The notes under the pieces were generated by a model. The model was not told where the DNA came from, did no database searches, and was given only the letters and a program-made list of their open reading frames with translations. From NCBI RefSeq assembly GCF_902459465.1, contig NC_047068.1, positions 19,406,001 to 19,470,000 on the forward strand: a stretch of 64,000 bases of DNA, read 5' to 3'. Both the position numbers and the translations under genes were made by a program. Every line of letters begins with the position of its first letter. The stretch's first letter is position 1. Of the stretch, positions 31,101-42,095 are shown piece by piece. This DNA is from Asterias rubens (taxonomy: Eukaryota).

Positions 31101-33870
31101 ACTTAGGTAAAAACACATCTCTTCAGACAAGTGCTTTGAAATGCCTGTGGAAGCTATACAAATTTTATTGAGATACTGTCATAGACTTTGAAACACTGTT
31201 TAACCTTCATACCGTTTACAATTCTTGGCTGGTTGTCCAAAAACAGTGATTTGCTTCCCAGGTCCCATGGCAGTGATTCCACAGAAGTAGGGAATTTTCT
31301 ACAAAAAACAAAATAAAAATAATCATAGAATCAGGAAATAAACAAAAAATATCGAGGAAACATCATAAAATATTGAGGGGAAAAAATCATAAAATATCAA
31401 GGAAACATAAAAACGAAAGGATGTACAATTTGTCTAGCAAAGAAAGTAGTTTTGGAGTATTCTTTTAATTCTTGTTAAAGTTTCAAGCAAATTTGGAAAC
31501 CCTTTTACCAAATCCAAAATCAACGCTTGGAGGGTTTTTAATGTATAAATTCCATCCTTCTTAGGAAAAATGACCCTGTCTGGTCACCCACAGTCTCTCA
31601 GGGCACAAGACATACATTAGTGCCCCCACTTATGATTATCAGCCAGTCCATAATGTAGGGTGTCATTGCCGAGTGGTTAAGAGCATCAAATTCAGGTTCT
31701 GGTGGTTTAGTCATCAGAGTGTGGGTATACTTTAAATATCACAGCAGCCCAAGGGCTGTATACTGCCCAGGGAGCTGAGAAAGATTAAAGGAATGTTATT
31801 GGCCCAACGACCAGGGCACTTATGGACTGATATTAATTTAATTATAATAATGAAGACACTTACATAAGTTTGTTTAGTGACTCCCATCACAGCAAGTTCA
31901 CCAGCAACGTTCAATGATGCCTGTAAAGGGATCAAAAGCAAAAAAATAATTGTGTATTATTTAAAGAGTAGATAGGGTATTGTGTGACAAAAGCATTCAT
32001 ACATTTGACTTAAATGTTTCATCATGCAACATTTTGCCTTAGAAATTTTACGTCAAAATAAAAAAACACAAGTTTCTAACGCAAAACGACATAAATTATG
32101 GAAACTCCTTTTGGAGCAACGAGAGTAGGTGTAAGCATTTTTAGTCTTCAATACTCATCACAATTGAAAAGATGGTTTATCAGATTTTGTAGTAAGATAA
32201 TGATGCACTTTATTTATTCAGTTGAAAAACACAAGACCACTGGGCTTGTCTGGTCGCGAGGTTACTGGCCCACACTAAATTCGGTCTAGTTTAGCTTTGA
32301 GCCCTTAGTTAGTTGCAGTGTCTACAGTATACCAAAACTCATGCTACGTAGAAACACTCACCATGGCTGTGTTTAGAGTGACTGTCGGGTCTTGCTTAAT
32401 TGGAGTTGGTGGGACAGAAGAACCATGGGTTGGAAACGATGGACAAGTATCTCCACTTTCTGACGGTGAAATACATGCTGTGAGCTCGGTGACTTTGTGG
32501 CCCGCATAGAGGCCCCTTGTTGGATTATGGAGATCTTGCAAACACTGCCAGCAGAAGAAACGAAGGCAATCCGCACAATGTGATGAAGCAGGGAAGTGGC
32601 ATGCGCTACAGCCTGTTTCTTTAGTAGACAGCGATAAAGATGGTTGTGGGGAAGGGGTTGTGGTTTTCTCTTTGTGAGGGTACGGGTATGGGTAGCTGCG
32701 ATAACCATAGCTCTGGCTATCATCGCTGCTAGGGTACGGGTAACTTCCAGATGTGGGCATCAGTGGATAAGGAAGACTTTGTGAATGTTGAAGACTCGGT
32801 GGATATTGGTAAGGTTGTGGTTCGACATACGAGGGCAAGCTACTCGTACTTTGCTTTACACTTTGGTGCTCTGCCTCTGATGGTGGTTGCAGTTCATTCC
32901 ATCTGTCAGCTTGCTGTCGACGCCAATCTGGCTCCTGTGGTTGCTGAGGTTGGTTCCTTCTTGCCTCAAGCGCACTGCCCTCTTGCTCAAGACTTTGTGA
33001 ATGTTGAAGAATTGGTGGATATTGGTAAGGTTGTTGCTGAGCGTACGATGGCAAGCTAGTTGTACTACTTTGCTTTACATTTTGGTGCTCTGCCTCCGAT
33101 TGTGGTTGCAGTTCATTCCATCTGTCAGCTTGCTGTCGACGCCACTCTTGCTCCTGCAGTTGCTGAGGTCTATTCCTCCTTGCCTCAAGTACATCCTCTT
33201 GCTCGAGCTTTAGCTGCAGTCTGTTCTGTTCTTGCTGCAGCAGATGGAGACGTCGCTGTTGCTGCTGCTGCGGTGTTGAAGAACAATCTTCTTGCTGAAA
33301 GGGTGCACTAGGAGCTGTATCCTGTTCACGTACCCCTGGGTTAACTCCGGAGTGTGTTTGACTTTGAGAGAAGAAAACGTTGTCTGACAGGGGCTGTGGT
33401 GCAGCATTGAACACATCCCTTTCTCCACGTCCCAGTCCCACCATCTGTTCATTTTCTTGTTCTTGAATTTGATGTACTTTATCAATTTGTTTCACCAAAT
33501 CTTGAGTAATTGATTCTTCTACTGATTCCCTCAATGATCTTACAGTTTGTGCATGCTCTCTTTCCGCTGCTTGGAAGGTTTCAACAATCGCCTGTCGCTC
33601 GAAGTTCTTGGGAATGTTGTCGACCCCATCTCGGGAGCTCAGCTGCATTATTTTCCTGCATAGCGGGCATTCAAGTGCATGGCAAACACCAACTGCCCTG
33701 GTTCTCACCCGTTTAATGCAGTCACGACAGAAGTTATGCTGACATGTCAAAGCCACAGGATCTTTGTAGAAGTCCAAGCATAATGGACAATGAAGTGTTT
33801 CTGCCACTTTTTCGAGGCCTGTTGTGGAGGGACCACCACTAGCCGGTGGAGTTGTTGCACTCGCAGACAT
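28172..33870 (-). CDS. TRIM-like RING - Q/P/Y-rich linker - B-box1 - galectin CRD fusion protein (about 660 aa)
   Basis: Exons 33870-32362 (1509 nt; RING 33789-33658, B-box1 32610-32497), 31920-31864 (57 nt), 31298-31213 (86 nt, KIPY..GPGKQITVFG), 30349-30139 (211 nt, FHINF..DIALHFNPR..VVRNS..YGSEER..FPF) and 28291-28172 (120 nt, VRVDNQYFISYKHR..GDVVISNV stop). All junctions are GT-AG and all phases match (0,0,2,0). Confidence 0.82.
30960..31140 (+). mobile_element. L2-clade LINE 3' fragment in intron 3 of the fusion gene
   Basis: Translates to TNTRYGDRAFSVAAPTCWNKL..SSIRSFKT..KTHLF, the typical end of an L2 ORF2. Confidence 0.75.
31657..31830 (+). mobile_element. tRNA-derived SINE (second family), internally deleted
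   Basis: GTGTCATTGCCGAGTGGTTAAGAGCA head; a related copy lies on the minus strand at about 62160-62360. Confidence 0.5.
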
Positions 33871-35354
33871 TTTTGTATTGCAAAATTCCCAAAAATCCCC
33901 TCCTTCTTGTCGAGCGCCCTCTGCGGACTTGTAAAAAGGGCACGTAATTGAAACGGTCTGATGTGTCTTCCAAAGCAAGGAAATATTGCCATATCCCGGA
34001 TCCACAGCACGAAAATGTAACGGTCTGTCTCCTCATATACTGTGCACAAGCAACGGGTAAAGGAATATTGTCATATCACGGATTCACCATGACCCACAAA
34101 GCATGCAATGGGCATAGGAATATACGCATAGGAATATTGCCATATCCCGGGTCCACAGCTGCACTTGTCTTCTCACTGTGTGCACTAACAAGTAAAGGGA
34201 GAGGGAGGGGTAGGGCCTACTTTACTACTCAAGACCACCCCCGGGGGTGGGTGGGGTTGGGGGTTGTAGAATTAATTGGCTTGGTAGCGGCTGCTATAAA
34301 TGTCTTTTTATCCATTCAGTATAAAGACAGGCACATTGGTCTTGTAAAAAAAGGGTGACGAAAGCAAGTTATTTTTGACTCAAAATTCACAGTAATAATA
34401 TTGATCTCAATATTGTTTCAGAAAACCGTATTATAATGTGTTTTTTGGGGAACCAAACATGAGGGCCCATGGCTTTATGAAATTACTTTGAAAACCACTC
34501 CCTTTTGTGAAAACTCGTTGTTCTATGAAAATGGATGACAATAAATCAACCATGCATTTGTAACTAGATTTTGTCTTAAAGACACTATTGGTAAACACTC
34601 AAAATTATTATTAACATAAAACCTTACTTGGTAATGAGTAATGTGGAGAGGTTGATAGTATAATAAAACATTGTGAGAAACGGATCCCTATAAAGTAACG
34701 TATTATTTGAGAAAGAAGTAATTTTCCACGAATTAATGATTTCGAGACCTCATCAGAATGAGAATTTGAGGTCTCGATCAAGCATCTGAAAGCACACAAC
34801 TTCGTGACAAGGGTGTTTTTTCTATCATTATTATCTCGCCACTTCGACGACCAATATGAGCTCAAATTTTCACAGGTCTGTTATTTTACGCACATGTTGA
34901 GATACACCTAGTGAGAAGACTCGTCTTTGACAATTACCGATAGTGTCCAGTGTCTTTAAATAATTCGTGTTCGATGGTAAATGATCAAAGTAGTAAACAA
35001 CTCTCCGAGACGACTGGGAGAACTCTACTGTCAATAGAGGAAAGTGTATTTCCTTGTTTCGTATGAGAAGATTTGGCTTTTACCAGGCTAGTTTCACTGC
35101 AGCCACCGGTTTCGTAGATTACCAGTGCTGTGAAAGTATAGGAGACGCCCATTCACTCATGTGAGTTCATTCACTCCACACGTAGGCCACCTATGATATT
35201 GTCGAATGCTGAAGTTGCGCTACTCCACGCTTGGTTTGAATTTGTTTACCTATATAAAAATACACAATCTGAGAAGCGTTACCGCGGTAACGCTCCTTGT
35301 ATTCAAATGTGTGTGGATGAAAAGTGATATTTTTTGTATGAGAAGAGTTGGTTT

Positions 35355-35486
35355 GGATAACTTTCCGTATGGCGCCACCACTTTTTCACTCATTTTTACA
35401 AAAAGGGATTTATCAATCAGGTAAATTAGATACTATATTATTTTATTGCGAATGAAAAAGTGGTGGCGCCATACGGAAACTTTTCC
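35355..35486. mobile_element. Short palindromic MITE
   Basis: TTTCCGTATGGCGCCACCACTTTTTCA pairs with TGAAAAAGTGGTGGCGCCATACGGAAA; a related element lies at about 50930-51070. Confidence 0.65.
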
Positions 35487-36315
35487 GTTGGTTTTATTAC
35501 CAGGCGAGATTCACTGGAGTTCCATTTGTTATTTGTAGCTACCAGTTTCCATTGTCGAGTTCCCACAGTGCATGCAGGATAGAGACAGATTTAAAGGTAC
35601 GTGTGTTGGGGGGGGGGGGGGTGGGGGGGGGGGTAGGCCTCACATAGGAGAAGTGTATAGAACAACTGAAACAGCGATCATATAGGTGTGATGTCTTCGT
35701 TGGTTGGTATGGTGCTTTGTAGATTTTCCGTCATCTTTTATAAAGGCACTGCGACTGATCTGTGATAAATGCAGGAATAAACCAAAAGGACCTTCTATAT
35801 AAATGCACACAAAAAGTTAATGGCCTGACGTTTCGACCCTACCGGAGTCTTTCTCGAAACGACAACAATGCAACAGGTAGCTTAGTGTATGAGCAGTGAA
35901 GTGGAAAAACTTGAATAGAGAAAGAGAGTCAGGAAGCTCTGTGGAACCATTCTACCTAGTACCCTTATTAAACACACACACAAGCGGAGGGTTTTGCGTA
36001 AGCAGAGCATGCATTAGCCCAGGCTATAGTAGTTGTTATGTTAATACGCCCTTTATATCATGACAGTATAGATTTCGGCTCAGTAGTACTACAATAGCAA
36101 GAAGGATACCTTGAGAACCTGGAATATCTTCAACAAGACATGGATGATAAGTGAGTAAGTACAAGCATTGAGGAAGATGGTACAAGTAGTAATGCCTGTT
36201 TTTTTGGTTTTTTTTACAGAAATCGGGGAAAGTGCTTAGTATACAGTGTTAACCCACATCGGTCTACTATTAGTATTAGGGTAAAACCAAATGAATTTTG
36301 TTCGATTGAACCTTG

Positions 36316-36640
36316 GGATCTTTTCATCTTCCAAAAACCTATAAATTCAGTGTAGAGCAAGACAGCGTCTAAAGAACAAAATTTACCTGGCATGTTACTG
36401 CAAAACCAAATAATTAGGTTGATACCTATATAGTATACCTCACTCCCACATGCAATGCCTCAAATCCCATAACTATAGGATCTTTTCGTCTTCCAAAAAC
36501 CTATAAATTCAGTGTAGAGCAAGACAGCGTCTAAAGAACAAAATTTTCCTGGCAGGTTACTGCAAAACCAAATAATTAGGTTGATAACATATTATAGTAT
36601 ACCTCACTCCCACATGCAATGCCTCAAATCCCATAACATA
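36316..36640. repeat. Two-copy tandem duplication, 162-bp period
   Basis: GGATCTTTTC(A/G)TCTTCCAAAAACCTATAAATTCAG starts at 36316 and 36478; the copies are nearly identical. Confidence 0.9.
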
Positions 36641-37008
36641 ATGCTACTTGAAAAAAAGTATTAGTGTTTATTGGTGTGTTTTTTTGGATATGCATAACGG
36701 TATCTATAGGTGTTCAGACACGCTGCACACGTTCATTTCCTCCTGCGAAAAATTCACATTGTGTCGAGTTCATAAGGCCAGGGCCTTGCGCACTCGGGTC
36801 ACTTAGATCATGCTACACTGCCAGACGGATTATGTTTATTTTATTTCATTGACGGACGACCTTGATACAAAGGCCCGTGTTTTTCTTCGATGAATCAAAC
36901 TAACAAATTTCATTATCAAGTGAGACGGTATTATTGTTGCTTTCTGAAGTATATCAGACTTTTACAAATCACTTTCACAATCCAAGTACAATAGTAATAG
37001 CTCTCAAT

Positions 37009-37353
37009 TTAAAGCCATTGGACCCTTTCGGTAAACAGTGTTGTCCAAGGCCCACACTTTGTGTACCACAACTTCTATATCAAATAACAAACCTGTGAAA
37101 ATTTAGGCTCAATCGGTCATCGGAGTCGGGAGAAAACAACGGAAAAACCCACCCCACCACATGTGTTTAAAATAAATCCGCTATTCTCGTTAACGAGAAT
37201 TTATATTGTTTTGCTGTTTTCTCAAAAAGTGAAGCATTTCATGGAATAATATTTCAAGAGAAGTCTTTCACCATTGCCTTCTGTAAACCCTGTAAGTTAT
37301 TTGTAAATCTGTGAATTTTTGTTTTCTGAACCAAAAGGGTCCAATGGCTTTAA
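37009..37353. mobile_element. Kolobok-type MITE, second subfamily, sharing its right TTAA with the adjacent major-family copy
   Basis: TTAA-AGCCATTGGACCCTTT ... AAAGGGTCCAATGGCT-TTAA-AGGCACTGGACAC. Confidence 0.8.
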
Positions 37354-38806
37354 AGGCACTGGACACTATTGGTAATTACTCAAAATAATTATTAGCATCA
37401 AACCTTTCTTGGTAAAGAGTATTGGGGAGAGGTTGAAAGTATAAAACATTGTGAGAATCGGCTCCCTCTGAAGTGACGTAGTTTTCGAGAAAGAGGTAAT
37501 TTTCAACGAATTTGATTTCGAGACCTCAAGTTTAGAATTTGAGGTCTCGAAATCAACCATATAAAAGCACAGAACTTCGTGCGACAAGGGTATTTGTTTA
37601 CTTCATTCTTATCTCGCAACTTCGACGACCATTTGAGCTCAAACTTTCACAGGTTTGTTCTTTTATGCATATGTTGAGATACACCAAGTGAAAAGACTGG
37701 TCTTTGACAATTATTACCAATAGTGTCCACTGTCTTTAAAGGGATGTGTCACAGTCCAGATTGTGTACCATATTATTTCCAACGCCGCACTATCAAGAAA
37801 GATATATTTTTATACGTGCAAAAGTTCTAATAGCCATAACAACCAATAAACTACCAGCAGCAATATAGTTGTGTCTTGATTTAATGCGGTTGTAAGGATT
37901 TCATATGGTGCCAAGGAAAGGAACACAGGGGAAAAAAAGTGTATTTTGCTTTTAAACACTTACACGTATTAGCCTATACGTATATAGATTTTACAAATTG
38001 TTCTTTGGGGCATTTTAGGGTAAACGGAATTATTGGTTTAAAGACAGTGGACACTATTGGTAATTGTCAAAGACCAGTCTTCTCACTTGGTGTATCTCAA
38101 CATATGCATAAAATAACAAACCTGTGAAAATTTGAGCTCGATTGGTCGTCAGAGTTGTGAGATAATAATGAAAGAAAAAAACACCCTTGTCACACGAGTT
38201 GTGTGCTTTCAGATGCTTGATTTTGAGACCTCAAATTCTAAACTTGAGGTCTCGAAACCAAATTCGTTGAAAATTACTTTTTTTCTCGGAAACTACGTCA
38301 CTTCAGAGGTAGCCGTTTCTCACAATGTTTTATATTATCAACCTCTCCCCATTACTCGTTACCAAGTAAGGTTTTATGCTGATAATTATTTTGAGTAATT
38401 ACCAATAGTGTCCACTGCCTTTAAGAATAAGAATAATTTCAGTCCAATAGTTTCAAATGATCAATGTGTGAAACCTTTGTCAAATAAAATTTTCCTTTTT
38501 GGTATATTGAAAACGATGAAACGGATTTCATTTTATCTTATCATGAATTTTATGCGAATACCTGCTTGTTTCGATTGCATCAGACGAAATAAACAATGTA
38601 TTGGGATTCTAATTTCGTTTTGGACTATAACCGTGTGAATTCGTATAATTTGACATTATTTAATTTTAACATCAGGCAGAAATTTTGCTCCATGAAGGTT
38701 GATACAAGGAACTTTATTGTAGTCAGTTAGTTTTCAGATTTAAACTGTTGAGAATTTCAAAAACTTATTTGCACATTATTACCCAAGTCACGTAGGTCAA
38801 CTCCAT

Positions 38807-38950
38807 ATAGGGTGCGTTCGTTTAGCTTCCGGTGTAAGGCGGGTTTTTCTTCTAGGACGAACGTGGGTAATTATCTGCACACATTCGTCCTGAAAAAAGA
38901 AAACGCCACACACCGGGGTCGACCCAGGGAAGCTAAACGAACGCACTTAT
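38807..38950. mobile_element. MITE upstream of the desaturase gene
   Basis: GTGCGTTCGTTTAGCTTCC pairs with GGAAGCTAAACGAACGCAC. Confidence 0.65.
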
Positions 38951-39181
38951 AGACTAGCCCCAATGCAGGGGGGGGGGGGGCAGATAAAGGCAGCTGCTTT
39001 AAAATGGCAGGGTTAGGCATATAGTTCGAACCCCATCCGAGATGCACTTGGAAAATATCAAACAAATTAATCAAAATACTACTGCTCTGAATGTAGAAAC
39101 TAAGTATTTAACAAAACTATATTTGTTACCACTACAGACCCATGAAAACAAAAGGAACTAAGATGTCCTGTAGTGACCAAA

Positions 39182-41552
39182 ATGAAGACTGACATAGATG
39201 GAGGATGTCCCCTACTTGACGTCAAGCCGCAAGCTATCATTGTGTGGCGTAATGTGGTTCTTATGGCAACACTGCATGGAGCAGCAATATATGCATTACT
39301 GTGTCTCACATGGAAGTGCTACTTATATACTTTACTTTGGGGTAGGTTTAGTCAGCATGATAATAATATTCAGTAAATTGGCGAAACTATAGGCAAATAA
39401 TGAATAAATGTGGCTTCTTATATAGCGCTCATTATCCGTCACTCATTGACAGTCATGGCGCTTACATTTTCAGTATTTCCCTGCAAGGGATGTGGGACTA
39501 CGTTTCAAATATCAGACATACTCTTCGTGCATAACACCATTTAATGGTTTACAAGGTGATGTGGCGCAATATGCTGCCAATCAAACCAGGAACACCGGGG
39601 CGGACCCTTTTTTCGATAAGTGCACTGTATTAATGTACGTGCGTTACACAACACACGGGACCCAACGGCTTTACGTCCCATCCACAAGTGCATGCCTCGC
39701 TTCAAGGACACAGGTGTCACGACTTAGACTCGGAAACACCAGAGCTTGAGTCCGGTGCATGCTCTTAACCGCTTTAGGCCACACTGCCACACCACACAAA
39801 TTATATTCATAATAACATTTGAGTGCATGATTTATTAATTGATCCTAAATATGACATTTCGTCACTGTTACAGCAAGTCTACTCTACTGGGTTGGTGCCC
39901 TCGGGATAACAGCTGGAGCACATCGCTTATGGGCACACAGATCTTACAAAGCAAAGCTCCCTCTACGGTTACTTCTAGCCATGTTTGACTGCATAGCATT
40001 TCAAGTAAGTCTTGACCGAGGACATGCTAACGATTCTTGACTGAGGAGAAGAAACTCTAAAAAAGATTTAGATACAATGCCATTATGAACAAACAAACAA
40101 ACAAACAAACAAACAAACACCCCAGTGAGCAGATGTGATTAAACAAACACTTTAAAGTTACTGCTATCGAAGATTTTATTGAATAGGAAAGAAACAATAT
40201 ACATGTACGTGGATTTAAATTATTCAACTATTAATTCTGAAGATTGTCCCTTTAATGTTACCCTTTTCTCAATCTAGTAAAAGCAGATTCAGTTCTCTGT
40301 TATTACCAAAAGAGTGTCCCTTTAATGAATTCCTTTTCTAAGTTAGGTCATACTTTCAGTCTTCATATGATTGCCAATGCCAATGACAATACAGAAACTA
40401 TGCACCTTTGTTTTCAAATACTAATTTTTCAGTTTTGATTGTTATGTGTGTAGATGGACATTTATTTCTGGGTGCGTGAACATCGTGTACATCACAGATT
40501 CTCAGAGACCAATGCTGATCCACACAATGCTAAGAGAGGGTTCTTCTTTTCCCATGTGGGTTGGCTTCTGTGCCGTAAACATCCGGATGTCATCGAGAAG
40601 GGGTCAAAGGTTGATCTGAGTGACCTCATAGCTGACCCTGTCATCCGGTATCAGAGAAAGTCAGTACAGATAACCATTCAAAATATCATCATTAAAGGGA
40701 TATAGGGACTATTCTTCTTGCGTGATATTCGCTCCGGGTTTTCGGCGATATCTAAAAATCAAAATCTTTTGAAATTAAATGTTCACACGTTAGCTTTTTT
40801 GTATACATGTACATCTATATCGAAGTTTTAAAAATCAAACGGCTTAAAAAAAAACAAAGGTATTGGCACCAAAAGAATACAAACATAATTCACATGTAAT
40901 ATGTATCTGCTTTAGTTATAGACATCAGTTTCCTATAACTATTCTCATTCCGCACGTCTGTTGCACAACCTCGATTTGGTCGAATATTCGTCGTTGTTTC
41001 TATATTTATTGCAACTGGTTTATGCCCCCCAAGAGATTCACATAATATTGTCAATTCGATACTTTCTTTACGCGGAGTAGTGAAAGTTTAACTCCATTCA
41101 TATTTCAATCAGAGTTAATCGTTGTGTTCATAATTTCCTCCAGGTACTTTCTACCCTTGATGCTATTCTTCTGCTTCATCATGCCAACTACCATCCCCAC
41201 CCTATGGGGAGAATCACTCTGGAACGCCTACTTCATCGCAGCAATACTACGCTACTGTCTCCTGATGAACAGTACGTGGTTAGTGAACAGCGCGGCCCAC
41301 CTCTGGGGTAGCAAGCCGTACGATCGCTCCATCAACCCCGTCGAGAATGCCCTCGTGTCTACCCTCACAGGGGGAGAGGGATGGCACAACTACCACCATG
41401 CATTCCCGTGGGATTACAGGGCTGGAGAGTTCGGATGGAGAATCAACCCCACCACTATGTTCATTGATTTGATGGCTGTTTTGGGCCAGGTGACAGATAG
41501 AAAAACCACTTCAAGAGAATCCGTAAAGTCCAGGAAGTTGAGAACCGGATAA
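39182..41552 (+). CDS. SCD: Delta-9 acyl-CoA (stearoyl-CoA) desaturase, about 301 aa
   Basis: Exons 39182-39341, 39874-40004, 40454-40659 and 41144-41552 with matching phases (1,0,2). IVWRNV motif and three His boxes (HRLWAH, HRVHH, HNYHH). The start codon is uncertain. Confidence 0.95.
39400..39790 (-). mobile_element. DeuSINE-like element (Deu core, LINE-like tail)
   Basis: In the 57490-57800 copy the minus-strand core reads GTCCTTCGGAGGGGACGTAAAGCCGTTGGTCCC...TATCGAAAAGAGAAGGGGTTCGCCCTGGTGTTCCTGG, which resembles the Deu domain. Related copies at 56430-56700 and 57490-57800. Confidence 0.6.
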
Positions 41553-41553
41553 G

Positions 41554-41757
41554 AACTAGACTTGGATTCAAGTCTGCGATCGTGGCTTTCAGTCTACAAC
41601 CGATGGCAAATTTAATATTGCCTGAAGTAGCCCCCCTTTTGTAGATTAACCTCCGCCATTAGCCTACGACGAAATGAGGCGCGTGGTCTGTGGGGGCCTT
41701 TTTCGTGGACGATGCAGTGGAATAACCGTGATCTCAGACTTGACACCAAGTCTAGGT
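41554..41757. mobile_element. MITE with CTAGACTTG..CAAGTCT termini, inserted just after the SCD stop
   Basis: AACTAGACTTGGATTCAAGTCTG ... CAGACTTGACACCAAGTCTAGGT; the same family occurs at 53756-54022. Confidence 0.65.
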
Positions 41758-42095
41758 AGAAAACATTTGGATTGACTTTTGACTTCTTTTATAAAACACT
41801 GCGCTGAGCCCATACACAGCTTATGTCTGCTTTATTAAAGATAAAAACCAAAGGCAGATCCCAATGGTGGATTGAACATAATAAAATGGCTGCATCTAAT
41901 AACCTCTTTCTGCAATATGACTTTTCTGCGCTTGGCAAATTTTGTAGGCTTGATGGATTTGGGCAATGAAAATTACTTGGTGCTATTAGTATTAACAATA
42001 TTGGTTAGATACACAGTTAAATTCAGTATTAGATGACTGTTGAGTATGATGTTGATAAAGTACAGAGAATGTTTTACATAAAATCAATCAAACAA

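Noticed and set aside
33871-34005. N-terminal extension of the RING-galectin ORF as shown in the ORF track
   Set aside because: The track start is GTG. The first ATG (33870) aligns with the MS-start of the paralog at 22037.
41540-41770. MITE insertion truncating the SCD C-terminus (ends RTG-stop)
   Set aside because: The TAA precedes the element and would remain if the MITE were removed.
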